Part shown: piece after piece, positions 11,107 to 26,620 of the stretch | Position numbering within the stretch: the first letter of the stretch is position 1 | Layout of the letters: every line of letters starts with the position of its first letter | From: a bacterium | GTDB lineage: Bacteria; JADJOY01 | Reading direction: 5' to 3' | DNA length: 64,000 nt | NCBI GenBank assembly: GCA_046331705.1 | Contig: JAXLQJ010000026.1 | Span: 1-64,000 of the forward strand | Notes under the pieces: model-generated | Seen by the model: the letters and a program-made list of their open reading frames with translations, nothing else | Told to the model about the DNA's origin: nothing | Databases searched by the model: none | Made by a program: the position numbers and the translations under genes

Positions 11107-12579
11107 TCACACGCGCGGCAGGTCGATGCCGCCCTTGAGCGGCAGCTCGGAGCGGCCCATGAGCCACTTGTCGACGTGGTGCGCGGCCTCGCGCCCTTCC
11201 GAGATCGCCCACACCACCAGCGACTGGCCGCGCCGCAGATCGCCGGCAGCGAACACGCCGGGCACGTTGGTCATGTAGCTCGCGTCCGACTTGGCGTTGC
11301 CCCGCGAGTCGAGCTCGACGCCGAGCTCGGCGATCACGCCATCGGGCTCGGGACCGAGAAAGCCCATCGCCAGCAGGACCAGGTCCGCCGGCCACTCGCG
11401 CTCGGATCCCGCGCGCTCCACGAGCTTGGGTGGCCCACCGTTGGGGCTCGGCACCCAGTCGACCTCGACGGTGCGCAGCGCCTTGACCTGCCCAGCTTCG
11501 CCGAGCAGCGCTTTCGTGGAGATGCTGAAGACGCGGTCGCAGCCCTCCTCGTGCGAGGTGCTGGTGCGCAGCTTCATCGGCCAGTAGGGCCAGGGCTGCT
11601 GGTCGGGGCGGCCGGTGGGCGGTTGCGGCAGGACCTCGAATTGGGTGATCGACTTGGCGGCATGCCGGTTCGAGGTGCCGATGCAGTCACTGCCGGTGTC
11701 GCCGCCGCCGATGACGATGACGTGCTTGCCGGTGGCGAAGATGGGCGCGATGCCCTTCTTCTCCACGTCGTCGCCCGCGACGCGCATGTTCTGCTGCGCG
11801 AGGAACTCCATCGCGAAGTGGACGCCGGCGAGGTCGCGTCCCGGGATCGGCAGATCGCGCGGCTTGGTGGCGCCGCCGCACAGCACGATCGCGTCGTATT
11901 TCCGGAGCTCCGACGACGGCACGTTCTTGCCGACGTGCGCGTTGGTCCGGAACTCGATCCCCTCGGCCCGCATCAGCTCGAGCCGCCGATCGATCACCCG
12001 CTTCTCGAGCTTGAAGTCGGGGATGCCGTAACGAAGCAGCCCGCCGATCCGATCGGCGCGCTCGAAGACCGTGACCTGGTGACCGGCGCGATTGAGCTGC
12101 TGAGCCGCCGCCAATCCGGCGGGTCCCGAGCCGACCACGGCCACCTTCTTGCCGGTGCGACGCTCGGGCGGCTCCGGCTTCACGAGCCCCTCGGCGAACG
12201 CGTTCTCGATGATCGACTGCTCGATCTGCTCGATGGTCACCGGCGGATCGGTGATGCCGAGCACGCAAGCCTCTTCGCAAGGCGCCGGGCAGACGCGACC
12301 GGTGAACTCCGGGAAGTTGTTGGTCGAGTGCAGGACCTCGAGCGCTCGGCCCCAGCGGCCGCGATACACCAGGTCGTTCCAGTCCGGGATGATGTTCCCG
12401 AGCGGACAGCCGGTGTGGCAGAACGGCACGCCGCAATCCATGCAGCGCGCGGCCTGCTTCGCGACCTTCTCGGCGCCGAACGGCTCGGGAATCTCGCGCC
12501 AATCGCGCACGCGCAGCTCGACCGGCCGCTTCGCCGGCAGCTCCCGCGCGTATTCTTTGAAACCGGTCGGCTTACCCAC
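11107..12579 (-). CDS. gltD: Glutamate synthase small subunit
   Basis: GKPTGF start, [37 protein letters not shown] and [14 protein letters not shown] motifs. AGGAG before GTG. Confidence 0.97.
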   Translation of the reverse strand: MGKPTGFKEYARELPAKRPVELRVRDWREIPEPFGAEKVAKQAARCMDCGVPFCHTGCPLGNIIPDWNDLVYRGRWGRALEVLHSTNNFPEFTGRVCPAPCEEACVLGITDPPVTIEQIEQSIIENAFAEGLVKPEPPERRTGKKVAVVGSGPAGLAAAQQLNRAGHQVTVFERADRIGGLLRYGIPDFKLEKRVIDRRLELMRAEGIEFRTNAHVGKNVPSSELRKYDAIVLCGGATKPRDLPIPGRDLAGVHFAMEFLAQQNMRVAGDDVEKKGIAPIFATGKHVIVIGGGDTGSDCIGTSNRHAAKSITQFEVLPQPPTGRPDQQPWPYWPMKLRTSTSHEEGCDRVFSISTKALLGEAGQVKALRTVEVDWVPSPNGGPPKLVERAGSEREWPADLVLLAMGFLGPEPDGVIAELGVELDSRGNAKSDASYMTNVPGVFAAGDLRRGQSLVVWAISEGREAAHHVDKWLMGRSELPLKGGIDLPRV

Positions 12580-12669
12580 GATCACTCCTAAACCGGGCGG
12601 GGACCAACCCGCCGCTACGAGCAACTCCGTGCGCGCCTCGCGTGTCGAGGCGCGCCCGCCTGCACCGTC

Positions 12670-17280
<4,611 letters not shown>

Positions 17281-17355
17281 GGCTTCCCTGCCGATCGACA
17301 ATCCGACGCCGGGGCAAGTTGCCCCAGCGTAAGATTGTGCAGTGCGTAACGGACC

Positions 17356-17383
17356 ACTCTATTGAAATCACGGCATGCGTCAA
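17356..17383 (-). promoter_or_regulatory. Probable sigma70-type promoter of gltBD
   Basis: Minus strand reads TTGACG-16 nt-TAGAGT in a locally AT-richer gap about 75 nt upstream of the gltB ATG. Confidence 0.5.
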
Positions 17384-17446
17384 GCCGGCGCAGTGCATTC
17401 TCGCGGCCAATCGCGTAAGCCGCCGATCTCGCGATGAAAAGGCCGA

Positions 17447-18184
17447 ATGGCACGGATTCGAGAAGCCGCTTCGAGCGATGGCCACCCGGGACCGATGCGT
17501 GGTCCCGGCGAGGTCCGATGGCGCCGCTCGGCGGTGCTCTCGCTGGCTGGCGCCGGGTGCGCGGCGCTGCCGCTGGCGATTCTCGGCGGGTTCATCCTCG
17601 CCGGCGCCCGCCCGCCGGATGCGCTGCCCGTGATCCTGCTGCCGACGATCGTCTACGCGCTACCGGCCCTCCCGCTCGTCTCGATCGGCGACACGTTGCC
17701 GAGCGCCTTCGCGACGCCGCTCGCCGCCGTGTGGTGCTGGATCGCCTGGACGGGCTGGATCCATCTCGGGCGGAGCGGGCGGCTGGGGATCGTGCCCCTG
17801 GTCGTGGTACCCGTGCTGGTCGCCCTCGCGTTCGCCGTGATGACCCCGGGCTTCCTCGGTGCGCGCGAGAAGGCGCGCAACGCCGCTTGCGACCAGGCCT
17901 ACCGGGATCCACAGGACTTCCTCGCCTCCGAGCTCCTCGCCATCCGAGCGGGGAGCGTCTCGCCGATCTGCGGCGTCCGGAGCACGGACGCCGTGATCTC
18001 GTGCTTCCTCGCCCGTCACGAGGCGGCCACCAATCCGCTGAACGAGCGCTCTCCCCTGTACGCGGCTTCTGCCCGAGAACCCTGTCAGGTCGAGCTCGTG
18101 GCGCGAGGGGCGAATCGGGTCGAGATCCGACAGCAGCCGGCACCACACCTGGCGATCCGTACCTACTCGATCACCTCGGAATGA
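17447..18184 (+). CDS. Membrane protein with a pilin-like C-terminal region
   Basis: About four TM helices, then AVMTPGFLGAREKARNAAC and a later NP motif with several Cys. Start uncertain. Confidence 0.6.
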   Translation: MARIREAASSDGHPGPMRGPGEVRWRRSAVLSLAGAGCAALPLAILGGFILAGARPPDALPVILLPTIVYALPALPLVSIGDTLPSAFATPLAAVWCWIAWTGWIHLGRSGRLGIVPLVVVPVLVALAFAVMTPGFLGAREKARNAACDQAYRDPQDFLASELLAIRAGSVSPICGVRSTDAVISCFLARHEAATNPLNERSPLYAASAREPCQVELVARGANRVEIRQQPAPHLAIRTYSITSE

Positions 18185-18203
18185 CTCGATCCAGGCGCTG
18201 ACC

Positions 18204-19388
18204 ATGCCGCTCGGCCTCTACCTCCACGTGCCGTATTGCCGGCGGGTGTGCCCGTACTGCGATTTCTTCGTGCTGCCGATCGGGAGGCGCCACGGGCCGC
18301 CGAGCACGGGGGGCGCTGGCACCCACCGCCCCGCGCAGCGGCCCGAGATCGAAACGTTCGTCGCCGCGCTGGTGCGCGAGATCGAGCTTCGCGCCCGGCT
18401 CGGCGGCGATCGCCAGCCGCTGGCGACGATCCATCTCGGTGGCGGCACTCCATCGACGCTCACCCGCGGCGAGCTGGGCCGCGTGCTCGCCGCCGTACAC
18501 GAGCATTTCGCCGTCGAGCCCGACGCCGAGATCGCGATCGAGGCCAACCCCGAGGACCTGACGGCGGAGCACGCGGCGGCGCTCGTCGAGACCGGAGTGA
18601 ATCGCGTGACGCTCGGCATCCAATCCCTCGACGACGCGGCGCTGCGCGTGCTCGGGCGCAAGCACCGCCGCGAGCAAGCGCTCGCCGCGCTCGGCGCGGC
18701 ACGCGAAGGCGGCGTCCGGAACCTCGGCGTGGATCTCATCTTCGGCGTGCCGGGACAGACGCGCGCCAGCTGGAACGAGACGCTCGATCGGGCGCTCGAC
18801 GCGGCGCCCGAGCACCTCTCGTGCTACGAGCTCACCATCGAGGCCGGCACCGAGCTCGACCGCGCGCGCCGCCTCGGCAAGATCGAGCCTTGCGAAGCGG
18901 ACCTCCTGCACCAGCTCTTCGTCGCGACCCACGACCGGCTCACCGCTGCGGGCTACGAGCATTACGAGGTGTCCAACTACGCCCGCGAGCGGCGCTTCCG
19001 CTCGCGGCACAACCTCGCGTACTGGCGGCACCAGCCGTACGTGGGCGTGGGTCCGTCGGCGCACTCCTTCGACGGTCGCACCCGCTCGTGGAATCACCGC
19101 GACCTCGGCGCGTGGCTCGCCGACGTCGAGGCGGCGCGCCTACCGATCGCGGGCAGCGAAGCGCTCTCGCCCCTCGAGCTGCGGCGCGAGGAGATCCTGC
19201 TCGGGCTGCGTTGCGTGGATGGATTCGCGATCGAGATCCGCGGGCGCGGAGCGATCCCGGCCCTGCCCGAGCCCGCGCTCGCCGCGGCGCTGGCGTCCGG
19301 TCAGCTGGTGCGCGACGCCGATCGCGTCCGTCCCACCTTCGCCGGCCTCACCATCGCCGACGAGCTCGCCCGCCAGCTCTGCCCGTGA
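18204..19388 (+). CDS. hemW: Radical SAM heme chaperone (HemN-like)
   Basis: YLHVPYCRRVCPYCDF, GGGTPS, EANP, YEVSNY, SRHNLAYW and GPSAHS motifs. Confidence 0.9.
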   Translation: MPLGLYLHVPYCRRVCPYCDFFVLPIGRRHGPPSTGGAGTHRPAQRPEIETFVAALVREIELRARLGGDRQPLATIHLGGGTPSTLTRGELGRVLAAVHEHFAVEPDAEIAIEANPEDLTAEHAAALVETGVNRVTLGIQSLDDAALRVLGRKHRREQALAALGAAREGGVRNLGVDLIFGVPGQTRASWNETLDRALDAAPEHLSCYELTIEAGTELDRARRLGKIEPCEADLLHQLFVATHDRLTAAGYEHYEVSNYARERRFRSRHNLAYWRHQPYVGVGPSAHSFDGRTRSWNHRDLGAWLADVEAARLPIAGSEALSPLELRREEILLGLRCVDGFAIEIRGRGAIPALPEPALAAALASGQLVRDADRVRPTFAGLTIADELARQLCP

Positions 19389-19422
19389 AGACGGTGCGGC
19401 TGCGCGGGGCCGCGGCTTCGCC

Positions 19423-19450
19423 CACGTGAAGGGTCGCGATCCTTCGCGTG
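19423..19450. terminator. Hairpin between convergent hemW and rhomboid-like genes
   Basis: CACGTGAAGGGTC-GC-GATCCTTCGCGTG stem with G-U pairs, flanked by GCCGCGGC arms. No U-tract. Confidence 0.45.
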
Positions 19451-19465
19451 CGCCGCGGCTCGGCC

Positions 19466-20287
19466 TCAGTGCACGGTGGGCTTGCGGGGGTCGCCGTTGG
19501 GGCGATCGGGGCGCGGTGTGGTCTTACCGCCATCGATCACTTGCAGCTTGGTGAGCTTCTTCTGCACCCGTCGCTGCTTCGCCAGCAGCCACTTGCGCTT
19601 CAAGTCGGGCAACCGCACACCCCGCTGCACCACCAGATACGTGAGCCCGATTCCCGCGAGGAAGTAGACACTCCAAGGCTTCGCGGTGAGCAGCCCCACC
19701 ACCTGACCCGCGATGGTCAAGTACGTGATGTAGATGGCCTGGATGGGCAGGATGAAGAAGAGGAGGATCTGCGAACGCGGCTGAAGCCAGCCGAATGCGG
19801 CGAGACATGCGATCACCGGCACGCCGAAGCCGGAGTAAGGGAGCAGCCCGAACGCCTTCGCCGGCGTGCCCGCGGCCGTGGGGAGGAAACCAAGCGCCGA
19901 ACAGACCAGCCACCCGACCAACCCGACGCCGACGGTGGACGCCGCCAAGAACGTCTGGAAGCGGCCCGTGCCGAGGTAGCGCTCGAGATGCGACGAAAAG
20001 AAGAAGAGCGTCATGAGCATCAGCAGGAACGAGAGCGGATCACCGGCGTGCACGAATGGATGCGTGACGAACTGCCACGGTGCGAAGCGACCCGAGCCCA
20101 GCGGCCAGAGCATCAGGCTGTCGATCCCGTCTTGCAGCCCCAGCCAGTAACGCAGGAAGAGCTCGACGCCGAAGCACACGGCGAGCACGATGCAGAGTTG
20201 CTTGCCGAACGGAGTCAGCCCCGGCCCGAAGCTCAGTCCCAACCCGCCCGACCCGCCGCCACCGGCGCCGCGCGCTTGCCAGCTCAT
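19466..20287 (-). CDS. Rhomboid-superfamily membrane protein, probably catalytically inactive
   Basis: PWQFVTHPFVH and LERYLG rhomboid-like motifs, about six TMs. No GxSG and no TM6 His. Confidence 0.75.
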   Translation of the reverse strand: MSWQARGAGGGGSGGLGLSFGPGLTPFGKQLCIVLAVCFGVELFLRYWLGLQDGIDSLMLWPLGSGRFAPWQFVTHPFVHAGDPLSFLLMLMTLFFFSSHLERYLGTGRFQTFLAASTVGVGLVGWLVCSALGFLPTAAGTPAKAFGLLPYSGFGVPVIACLAAFGWLQPRSQILLFFILPIQAIYITYLTIAGQVVGLLTAKPWSVYFLAGIGLTYLVVQRGVRLPDLKRKWLLAKQRRVQKKLTKLQVIDGGKTTPRPDRPNGDPRKPTVH

Positions 20288-20291
20288 CGGC

Positions 20292-22382
<2,091 letters not shown>

Positions 22383-22686
22383 GACACGCTCCCTCTCGCG
22401 AGCAACTCAGCCTGCGCGTCGTAACACAGCCGCGCGGAACCGCGCAAAGCGGGCGAGGACCCGTGGTGGTTCGCTTCGACCCCGTTGCGCCGGACGAGTC
22501 GCGAGGGCCTGGGGACCCGTCGGCGGGCACGGCGCGCCCCAGCTCGCGCCCGTGGAACCGAAGGCACGCCTGCGCCGCGGCCGCGCGACGAGGGTTCACT
22601 CCCCACGAGCGGGACCCACGACACCGGCCGTCGATCGAGTTGTTGCGCCGCGCGGCCGGCTCGATGACGATTCGCCCGTGGATACG

Positions 22687-23115
22687 ATGCTCGTGTGGGT
22701 GGTGGGGATCGGGATGCTCGTCGTGTGCGGAATCGCGGCGGTGCGCGAGGAGCGGGCGCGGCGCAAGCGTCTCGATCGCCTCTTCGAGGGTCGCGATGCG
22801 CTGAGCGCTGACGAGTTCGGGAAGCGGTACTTCTCGGGCGCCGAAGCCGAGATCGCGGCGCGGGTGCGCAAGGTCGTTCAGGATCAGATGGCAGCAGACG
22901 GTCGTCGACTGCTGCCCGACGACCACCTCACCAACGACCTCGAGGTTGGGTACCCCACGGATTCCATGGACTGGCTCGAGCTCGTCATGGCGCTGGAGAG
23001 CGAGTTCAAGATCGAGATCGCAGGCAAAGATGCGGCAATATTCCGCAACATCCGCGACGTCGTGCATTACCTGTCTGCGCGTGGCGTTAGGACCCATCGC
23101 ACTGGTTCGACGTAG
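22687..23115 (+). CDS. Acyl-carrier-protein-like protein with N-terminal membrane anchor
   Basis: Hydrophobic MLVWVVGIGMLVVCGIAAV, then LTNDLEVGYPTDSMDWLELVMALESEFKIEI, which matches the ACP DSxD...LExEFxIEI pattern. Confidence 0.75.
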   Translation: MLVWVVGIGMLVVCGIAAVREERARRKRLDRLFEGRDALSADEFGKRYFSGAEAEIAARVRKVVQDQMAADGRRLLPDDHLTNDLEVGYPTDSMDWLELVMALESEFKIEIAGKDAAIFRNIRDVVHYLSARGVRTHRTGST

Positions 23116-23184
23116 CGGCGGACCGCGCAAAGCCCACGACCACGCAATCCGGTCGGCGGGGCGGTCGAGCGACCGACCGCCCTC

Positions 23185-24250
23185 CAGCCGAGCGCACCGG
23201 TCTCCACGCTCGCCGTCATCTCTCCGCGAGCCGGCAGGCGAGCCGACGAGCGAAGCGAGGCGACTCGGGGGTGGCGCCCGGCGCGGCGCCTTGCCGCGGC
23301 GGGCGGGGGCTTGAAAAGCCCCGGCCGAGCAGGCCGAACCCAGCCGAGCGCACCGGTCCCCCGCTCGCCGTCATCTCTCCGCGAGCCGGCAGGCGAGCCG
23401 ACGAGCGAAGCGAGGCACTCGGGTGAGGCCCCGGCGCGGCTTCGCCGCGACGGGCGAGGCGAAAAGCCCCGACCGAGCGACCGAACTCCGGCCGAGCGCA
23501 CCGGTCTCCACGCTTCGCCGTCCATCTCTCCGCGAGCCGGCAGGCGAGCCGACGAGCGAAGCGAGGCGACTCGGGGCTGGGGCCCGGCACGGCTTCGCCG
23601 CGACGGGCAGGGCTTGAAAAGCCCGGACGAGCGACCCGAGAACTCCAGCCGAGCGCACCGGGTCTCCACGCTCGCCGTCCATCTCTCCGCGAGCCAGCAG
23701 GCGAGCCGACGAGCGAAGCGAGGCGACTCGAGGTGGCGCCCCGCCGGCTTCGCCGCGACGGGCGGGGGCTTGAAAAGCCCCGACCGAGCGACCTGAACTC
23801 AGCCGAGCGCACCGGTCTCCACGCTCGCCGTCCATCTCTCCGCGAGCCGGCAGGCGAGCCGACGAGCGAAGCAGAGGCGACTCGGGGGTGGGGCCCCGGC
23901 GCGGCTTGGCCGCGACGGGGCGGGGAGCGAAGAGCCCACGACCACGCCCCGCGACGATCCAGCGGCGCACCGGTCTCCACGCTCGCCGTCCATCTCCGCG
24001 AGCCGGCAGGCGAGCCGACGAGCGAAGCGAGGCGACTCGGGAGTGGGCCCCGACGCGGCTTCGCCGCGGCGGGCCGGGGCGAAAGCCCCGACCGAGCGAC
24101 CCGAACTCCAGCCGAGCGCCCTGGTCCCCACGCTCGTCGTCCATCCTCCGCGAGCCGGCAGGCGAGCCGACGAGCGAAGCGGGCGACTCGGGGGTGGGGC
24201 CCCGGCGCGGCCAGCCGCGACGGGGCGGGGGGCTGAAAAGCCCCCGAAAA
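23185..24250. repeat. Seven tandem ~154 bp REP-like structured repeats
   Basis: Core TCCGCGAGCCGGCAGGCGAGCCGACGAGCGAAGC starts at 23223, 23378, 23529, 23686, 23839, 23995 and 24147 (spacing 151-157 bp). Each unit has three hairpins. Confidence 0.95.
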
Positions 24251-24251
24251 C

Positions 24252-24827
24252 TCAGTCGTCCCAGCCGTGGCTGGGCAGCGGGCAGAAGGCCGCGATGCCG
24301 AGGTCGGGATTGATGCCGGAGAGCACGGCAACGGCGGCGCCAGTCTTGGGGTCGAGGGCGGGCGAGCCGCTCATGCCGTCCTTGGCCTCGCAATCGACGA
24401 AGAAGCCGTCGAACTCGATGCCCTCCCCGAGCTTGATCGTGTCCCAGCCCGACACCGGCCCTTCGATCCACTCGAGCTCGCCCTGCTGCGGATAGCCGAC
24501 GATGACGAGATCGGCGCCGTCACGCGGCAGGCGCAGGTCGAGCTCGAGCGGATCGCACGCGGCGCCGTCGGTCTCGAAGATCGCCAGGTCGCCGGGCAGC
24601 GAGAGCTTCCAAGCCTTCACCGGCAGCACCCGCCCGGAGGCCTCGCGAATGGCGAGCTGCTCCGGTGCGCTGATGTCGTTCGAGTGCAGATAGTGGCGCG
24701 CGCCCAGGAAGCGGCCGTGGCCGACGATTCGGAAGCAGGTCGCGAACGGCTCGATCCCCTCGCCGCCGGTGCTACGCCCGATGCGAGCGATGCTGCGTCC
24801 CAAGCGTTTCGATTGCGCGGTCTTCAT
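24252..24827 (-). CDS. Trypsin-like serine peptidase
   Basis: Triad motifs ARHYL (His), GDLAIF (Asp) and GMSGSP (Ser), plus VGYP. No signal peptide. Confidence 0.8.
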   Translation of the reverse strand: MKTAQSKRLGRSIARIGRSTGGEGIEPFATCFRIVGHGRFLGARHYLHSNDISAPEQLAIREASGRVLPVKAWKLSLPGDLAIFETDGAACDPLELDLRLPRDGADLVIVGYPQQGELEWIEGPVSGWDTIKLGEGIEFDGFFVDCEAKDGMSGSPALDPKTGAAVAVLSGINPDLGIAAFCPLPSHGWDD

Positions 24828-24863
24828 GGTCGGAAAGTTCCGGTCTCCCGAGGCCTCGGGCGC

Positions 24864-26042
24864 TCACCCAGAAGCGCGCCGCGACACCGGTCGTAGCACG
24901 ACTCGCGGTCCGCGCGAACCCCGCTGCTTGCGTTCCTCGCGCGCCAGCCGCCGCGCCTCCGCGGCACGCTCGCGGCCGTGACCGGGCGCGCGCGGCGCTC
25001 GCTTGGTGGCGTCGGTCGCGCGGTCGTTCTCGACGATCCAATCGCGGACGAGCGGGAAGATCTCGTCGGGCGCGCGTTCGCCCAGCACCAGATCCACGTG
25101 CCCGTACTCCGACGAGAAGCCGCTCTCGACACCCACCTCCAGGAACTTCTTCTTGGGCGACGAGATCCGCTCGTAGATGAAACGGATGTCGCGGGTGGGC
25201 GTGAGGCCATCACCCGCGCCAGCGAGGAAGAAGACCGGCGCCGTGATGCGATGCAGGTTCTCTTGATACGAGAGCGTCTCGTAGTAGTTGTGGAAGTCCT
25301 TCTCGCGGTACCACACGCCGTACTGGAAGATGAGCGGGCTCGCGATGTCGTCGACGCCGTGTCGCGCCATCACCCGCAGCGTCTTGGGCGCGATGTTGGC
25401 GGTGGTCCACACGATCCGGTGTCCGAGCGGGCGCGCCAGTCCGGCGAGCGGTGAGATCAGCTTCGCCAGCGTGCCCTGCGGCAGCATCGGGACGATCTTG
25501 AGCAACCACGCGAACGGGAGCATCCGGTCCATCACCGGATCGGACGCCAGCACCATCGCCGGCGAGCCGATGGTGGTCGCCGACCGGAGCACGTCGGGAT
25601 CGGTGGTCTTGAGCAGCGGATACGCGAGCATCCCGCCCATGCTGTGACCGACCCAGTGGACGCCGCGGAACCCCACGGTGCGCGCGATGTGCTTGAGCGC
25701 CGCGGGGATGTCGTGGCCGATGTAGTCGTCGAAGGTGTAGTCGTGGGTCTTGCGCTTGAGGAGCCCGGCGCGGCGGCTCATCCCGGCGCCACGAAGCTCG
25801 ATCACCCACGCGTCGAAGCCCTGCTCGTTCAGATAGCGAGCGAGACTGAGCCGGCCCGGATAGTCGAGGTTGTTGCGGTTCGAGCCGAGACCGTGACAGA
25901 GCAACACCGGGAAGCGGCGCTCCGATCCTGCGGGGGCGGGATAGCGGTAGAGAGCGATGTCCCAGCCGTCCCGGGTGCGCGCGTGGTGCAGCTCCGCCCC
26001 GCGGCGGTCCCGCCGTGACTTGCGCGCTCGGCCATCCCGCAT
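24864..26042 (-). CDS. Alpha/beta hydrolase (lipase/PhaC-like fold)
   Basis: LCHGLGSN, ELRGAG, GHSMGG nucleophile elbow and YGHVDL motifs. AAGGAGG upstream. Confidence 0.85.
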   Translation of the reverse strand: MRDGRARKSRRDRRGAELHHARTRDGWDIALYRYPAPAGSERRFPVLLCHGLGSNRNNLDYPGRLSLARYLNEQGFDAWVIELRGAGMSRRAGLLKRKTHDYTFDDYIGHDIPAALKHIARTVGFRGVHWVGHSMGGMLAYPLLKTTDPDVLRSATTIGSPAMVLASDPVMDRMLPFAWLLKIVPMLPQGTLAKLISPLAGLARPLGHRIVWTTANIAPKTLRVMARHGVDDIASPLIFQYGVWYREKDFHNYYETLSYQENLHRITAPVFFLAGAGDGLTPTRDIRFIYERISSPKKKFLEVGVESGFSSEYGHVDLVLGERAPDEIFPLVRDWIVENDRATDATKRAPRAPGHGRERAAEARRLAREERKQRGSRGPRVVLRPVSRRASG

Positions 26043-26044
26043 CT

Positions 26045-26386
26045 TCACCCTCCTTGGGCTCGCTTCTGGGCGTCGAGATTGAGCTGCGTCACGATCGCCG
26101 AGTGCTTCTCCGCGACTTCGGTGTTCCCCTTCTTCTGGTAGAACATCGACAGGTTGGTGTGCGGGAAGGGATCGGTCGGATCGAGCTCGGCCGCGCGGTT
26201 CGCGATCTCGATGGCCTTGTCCTGGTCGCCGTTCTTGGAATGCGCCATGGAGAGCGCGAGCAGGAGCTCGATGTCGTCCGGCGCTGCGGCGAGGCCCGAC
26301 TCGAAGGCCGCGATGGCTTCGTCGAACCGGGATTGGCCGAGCGCGGCCAGGCCCGTCATGTACAAGGAATCTCGGTCGTCCGACAT
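26045..26386 (-). CDS. Small TPR protein
   Basis: FDEAIAAFESGL...QDKAIEIANRAAELDP...HTNLSMFY TPR pattern. Confidence 0.8.
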   Translation of the reverse strand: MSDDRDSLYMTGLAALGQSRFDEAIAAFESGLAAAPDDIELLLALSMAHSKNGDQDKAIEIANRAAELDPTDPFPHTNLSMFYQKKGNTEVAEKHSAIVTQLNLDAQKRAQGG

Positions 26387-26620
26387 GAATTCCGCCTCTC
26401 CAGGTGTGCTCGCTGGCGCCTCGGCGGCACGGGATACGTGCCGCTGGATCGGGCGCGCGTCGAGGCCGAAACCCTTCGTCGCGGACGACACGGAGCACCC
26501 GATCACGCCGCGGTCGGGCAGGTTACGCGCCGTGCCAGTGCCGCGCAAGCGATCCCGGCGCTGGCGCGACGCAGAGCCGCGCCGCGGCGCGCGCACGGAC
26601 GAGCGGCGGCGCTCACGCGC

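Noticed and set aside
17448-17463. Sigma54 promoter near gltB (TGGCACG)
   Set aside because: The -12 TTGC element is absent (it reads CGAG) and the site faces away from gltB.
23185-24250. CRISPR array, TIGR-like guide array or integron attC cassettes
   Set aside because: Whole ~154 bp units repeat with no unique spacers, there are no cas or integrase genes, no ORFs between units and no GTTRRRY core pairing.
23067-24495. ORFs across the repeat array (e.g. 23216..24331 and 23371..24471 on minus)
   Set aside because: Unit lengths are not consistent multiples of three, so the peptide repeats jump between frames. These are by-products of GC-rich repeats.
24864-26042. PHA synthase PhaC
   Set aside because: The nucleophile motif is GHSMGG (Ser), not the GxCxGG of PHA synthases.
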